NCBI GenBank assembly: GCA_051362555.1
Contig: CM120641.1
Location: forward strand, 12,772,001-12,836,000
Origin: Lingula anatina
Taxonomy: Eukaryota > Animalia > Brachiopoda
DNA: 64,000 nucleotides
Direction of reading: 5' to 3'
Positions 59,670-64,000 of the stretch are shown here, one piece after another (within the stretch, counting starts at the first letter, position 1; each line of letters starts with the position of its first letter). Made by a program: the position numbers and the translations under genes. The notes beneath the pieces were generated by a model, which was given only the letters and a program-made list of their open reading frames with translations, made no database searches and was not told the DNA's origin.

Positions 59670-62600
59670 AGTCAGAACGTCAATACGCTACGTGCATCAA
59701 CATATCATAGAAACAAATAATAGCTGAATTTTTCAATCGAGTTTTTACGTACAAATTTTATAGTCATAATTCTAAAACTAAAACCGCCTTCGCGACGAGA
59801 ACGAAGGGTTCTTATCTGTATGCTCTTGAACCCGATAGCAAAACAGTCTACCTGTCTTTAATTTTCCATGAACGAAAACGAGATGACAGTTGAAGAGATC
59901 CATCTACCCCCGGTACCAGTATATTTTGGCCATATCTAATTGCTACCGTATTGAGTATAGGTGATATATCACTTTTTCAAAATGAATACGGTAAATTTAC
60001 CAGAACCAACAACATAGTTGATGCCTTTTTATGTCTTTGAAATTGTTTTGCCTAAGAGTTCCATTTTACACGTTTCGCCTCATTTTTTGCAACAATTAAA
60101 AGTATATTTCTTACCTTTGCTTGTACTTGCAGCTCTTGGTGTATAAAACATCACTCACTTGATCTGACACTTTCTAAGAGGTACTCTTCCTCGTAACCAG
60201 TCACGTAGATCTAACATAGCAAAACAAACATATGACCTCACATCCTCTATGAGATCATGACGTTGCTTACCTCAGAACGTCACGTTCCTACGTTCACGTT
60301 CAACAAAACATACCTTGTACAACCAACACCTATAGATATTCCACTTGATGTTGCAAACTGAGATATGCGGACCTCATGTCTAAAATGTACTCTGCCATAG
60401 CGTCATAATCTAACTGTCTCATGATGTAAAAGAGTATGCAAAAATTCTACAATTAGCCAAAACAAGGTGACCATTCACTCACCTCAGTAACATCAGGGAA
60501 AACGCACATGACCTGTGACCTCACACCCTTTATGTGATCATAACGTCGCTTTCGTCAGAACGTCACTACGCTACAGGTATCAACAGCAATCATAGAATCA
60601 AGCAAAATCGAATATTTGGCTTGCATTTTGACCTACCAAATTGCTCGTTCTCGGGGGTTTATTTTTGAACGCTGCTTTCAATTTTACATCTTTCTTTTTG
60701 TGAATATTCATGAACGAAGGCAAATGACAGGTGAAAAGATCCATATATCATGATATTTTGATCATATCCATATACTACGACTAATAGTCTACCGTATGGG
60801 ATCATTAGAAACGGTATTATCATTTTTATAACGATGAACTTGATGAACACAGCTAATCTACCTCAGATCCAACCACACAATAGATACTTTACAATATCCC
60901 CAACAAATTATATTTTGGCAAGAATTCCAATAAAATGCTTGCAATAATTTATCGGTCTTTCTTACCTTTGGTGAATTATGTCAAGTATAGAGCTTGTTCT
61001 TTGCGGCGCTTGTTGTATTTAACATCTCCCAATTGATATGTAATCCTTTAAGTTTCCCTCTTCCTCGTAACCAGCCTTGTAACATAACATAACAAACACA
61101 TGACCTCACATTCTTTATGCGATCATTACGTCGATTACGTCAGAGCGTAACTTCCCTACATTCACGTTCAACAAACCATATACATAAACAAGCAACAGCC
61201 AGATGCTCCACTTGAAGTTGCAAACTGAAGGATATGGATCTTATGTCTAAAATGGATGTGGCCATAGCATCATAATCAAACAATTTCCTTTAACATGATG
61301 TCAAATGTATTAGTAAATTTCTACAATGTGCTTCTCTGTAGATTTGAGGGAACTGAAACAAGGAAAACGCGTATGACCTCAGATCCTTTATGTGATCATA
61401 ACGTCACTTTTGTCAGGACGTCACTACGCTACATGGATCAATAGATATCATAGAAAAAGCAAAAGCTGGATATTTGGCCTGCGTTTTGACGTAGTAATTT
61501 GATAGTTGTTGATTTTCAAATGGAAACCGCCATCGAGACGTTAACAAGCAGACATATTCATAGGGTTTACTTCTGAATGCTTTTTAATATGTCAGAAAAA
61601 CATCAGCGGTAGGCCTATATATCTGTTTAAAAATATCGATGAAAGAAGACGTGACGACAGTTGAAAAGATCCAGCTACCATGATACTTTGACCATATCCA
61701 AATGCTACGACTAGTAGTCTAAAGTATGGAATCATTAGAAGCGGCGACATATCATTTTTTAACGATGAACTTAATTATCATGGAGAATAAACCTCAGAAC
61801 CAATCACACAGTTGTCTTGTAAAATCCTCATAATTATACTTTGCCAAAAATTTTATTACATTTTGAACTTTCTTGCAATAATTGAAAGGTCTTTCTTACC
61901 TCTGATAAGATTGTTTCTTGCACCCCATTTCCATAGATTAGATCGACCTACTTTAGATCGACCTAACTCCCTGGGGGTTCACGCTAAATAGCTGTCAGCC
62001 GGGCGGACACGAAAGTTAATTACCCCCTTACTGCTTGTAATAGGCGGGACGGACATTTAAGTCGGATTATCTGAAAGTAATCTAGTGAGACTCCCCGCGG
62101 GATAGATCGATCTAAAATCTATGGGAATAGAGCCTTGTAGTGCTTGTTGTATAAAACATATTCCAGTTGATCTGAAATTTTCCTAGATTCATTCTTCTTC
62201 GTTACCAGTCTCAGTCTCTTTTACCTATGTTTACTAGTGATCCATGGAGCGAAGTGACATTCTGACAAAAACGACGTTATGATCACATAAAGGGTCTGAG
62301 GTCAAATGCGTTTTCGCAGTTGTAACGGAGATGAGTGAATGGTCACCTTGTTTTAGTTCCGTCAAATCTACAGAGAATCAAATTGTAGATTTTTGGCCAA
62401 GTCTTTTTACATCATGCAAGAAGAAACTGTTCAATTATGACGTCAATGGCAGCATCCATTTTAGACAAATGATCCATATCCCTCAGTTTGCAACATCAAG
62501 CCCAACATGAAGCAGCTACAAAAATAGTTCTGGAATAAATAAGCTGATAACTGCTCACTATGCCACTCAGGTGTGACACCTGAATATACTCACTCATGTA

Positions 62601-64000
62601 ATTCTGGGTCACATTCATCTACACTCAGACCACGCTCAGACCAGTCTCAGACCAGAGAGGGTGTACAACAGTTTCTTTCTCTGAGACTCCACAATTATGT
62701 AAGTTTTATTTTAATTTCATGTATTTATTTCATGTATCTGTTTTATTGTAAGGTATTTTGTACTTTTTTGTTTTAGTGACCAGCAATGTACTACCAGCAG
62801 CACAATATGGTGATACGCAACTTTCAAAATAAAGACGAGAAACCAAGCTGCGTTCAATTAAGTCTTAGAACTATCCCGATACAGTCTCAGCCCAATTCCA
62901 ATAGTCAACAGACAGCTCACTTGCGACAAAAGGCTTGGGCCTGGATAGCTAATAAAAAAAGTGATGCCTAAGGAACAATCAAAGTAGCGGCAAAGTCCTA
63001 AGAACAAGCCATTAGTATGGGAAAAACAGTGAAGGCTTCAGATAAAATATTAGAGAGAAAATACCTGCATTTTTTTTTTTTTTTTTTTTTTGAAATAACA
63101 AATGAGTAATATATGGGGAGACAGTAGCGAGTATTGAACACAAGTTTTTTTCCAATATGCACTTGGACCAGTATGATGAACATGTCAAAAACACTTACCT
63201 TAACGCAATCAAGATGTACAAACAATACAGTAAAAATGTAGATGAAAATTCAGACTATCCCATATAACTAAAAAAGGGAGATTCCCATATGTACAGGTTA
63301 CAGAAAGGATTGGTCAGAATTTAAAACAATATGGCAAAGTAATTACTTCCATTTGGTCCACTTTATGAATTCTTACGATCAAAGTTAGGGATTCTCAAAC
63401 AAACGGCCAATGATCAAGCATTATTAAAACCTGTCAAAACACAAAAACAAAGTCATAGTCACAATGTAAGAGCACTTCAGAGTGACAGTTGTTTTTTGCA
63501 CAATAGCAACTCTCATACCACTAGTCAGTGTAAACTGTTTTTATGTCTTTCAGTGCCTGCGTTCTGGTGTAGTAAATTTTAATGTACTATAAAAATAGTT
63601 TTTCGATTTAAAATGGAAACAGCTATCAAGACGTGAATAAACATATTCAAGGGTTTATTTTTGCATGCTATATAACATGTTTGCAAAACATCTACGGTAT
63701 ACCTGTTTGTGAATATTCATGAACGAAGACGAGACCATCTACCATGATATTTTGACCATGTCCAAATGCTACGACTAGTCTATCGTATTGAAACATGACA
63801 ATCGGTGACATATCATTTTTATAACGATGAACTTGATAACCATGGCTTATTATATAAAAAAAAACAGCAGTTGATGACATTCTTTAGAATATTAGAATAT
63901 TCTCAAACTTTTATTTTGGCGAGAATTTCAATTTAACGCTTTTTTTGCAATTTTTTTTTTTTTTACCTTAGGTATGATATGACAAGCAGGCCTACACAGC
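59670..64000. repeat. Diverged ~870-bp tandem repeat array, interrupted at about 62.2-63.6 kb
   Basis: Landmarks recur: gtcagaacgtcactacgctac near 59670/60553/61412; ttacct near 60110/60961/61895/63962; gggttt near 59806/60655/61563/63651. Confidence 0.8.
61921..62134 (+). mobile_element. MITE copy 4, inserted into a tandem-array unit
   Basis: TTG on both flanks; the neighbouring unit near 60994-61017 shows the empty site. Confidence 0.88.

Overview
AT-rich animal DNA, probably from a lophotrochozoan invertebrate such as a mollusc (inferred). Most of the window is one large multi-exon + strand gene of the obscurin/UNC-89 family. I traced about 66 phase-compatible coding exons from 4087 to the stop at 58446, about 4,500 aa inside the window. 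Its 5' end lies outside the window. Domain order: (Ig)-Ig-SH3-SH3-DH-PH-4xIg-acidic linker-9xFN3 with S/P/R-rich spacers-12 small symmetric exons-2xIg-kinase1 with an MLCK-like CaM-binding tail-linker-Ig-FN3-kinase2 (HLN pseudokinase). The most unusual features are (i) read-through of one exon into a 354-codon extension ending in a C-terminal transmembrane helix, (ii) a U12-type intron splitting kinase 1 at a sharp CpG-composition boundary, with candidate internal promoters or first exons just downstream, (iii) 30 consecutive phase-1/phase-1 exons, including a micro-exon array and RSYSPTG heptads, (iv) a cluster of RRxS motifs, and (v) an antisense gene for a secreted CNTNAP-type fibrinogen-like protein (3390 to <1) that appears nested in an obscurin intron. 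Also present are four copies of a ~220 bp MITE, other small TIR elements, microsatellites and a diverged ~870 bp tandem array at the right end. Exon boundaries were called by eye from splice signals and reading-frame continuity, with no transcript data or database searches.
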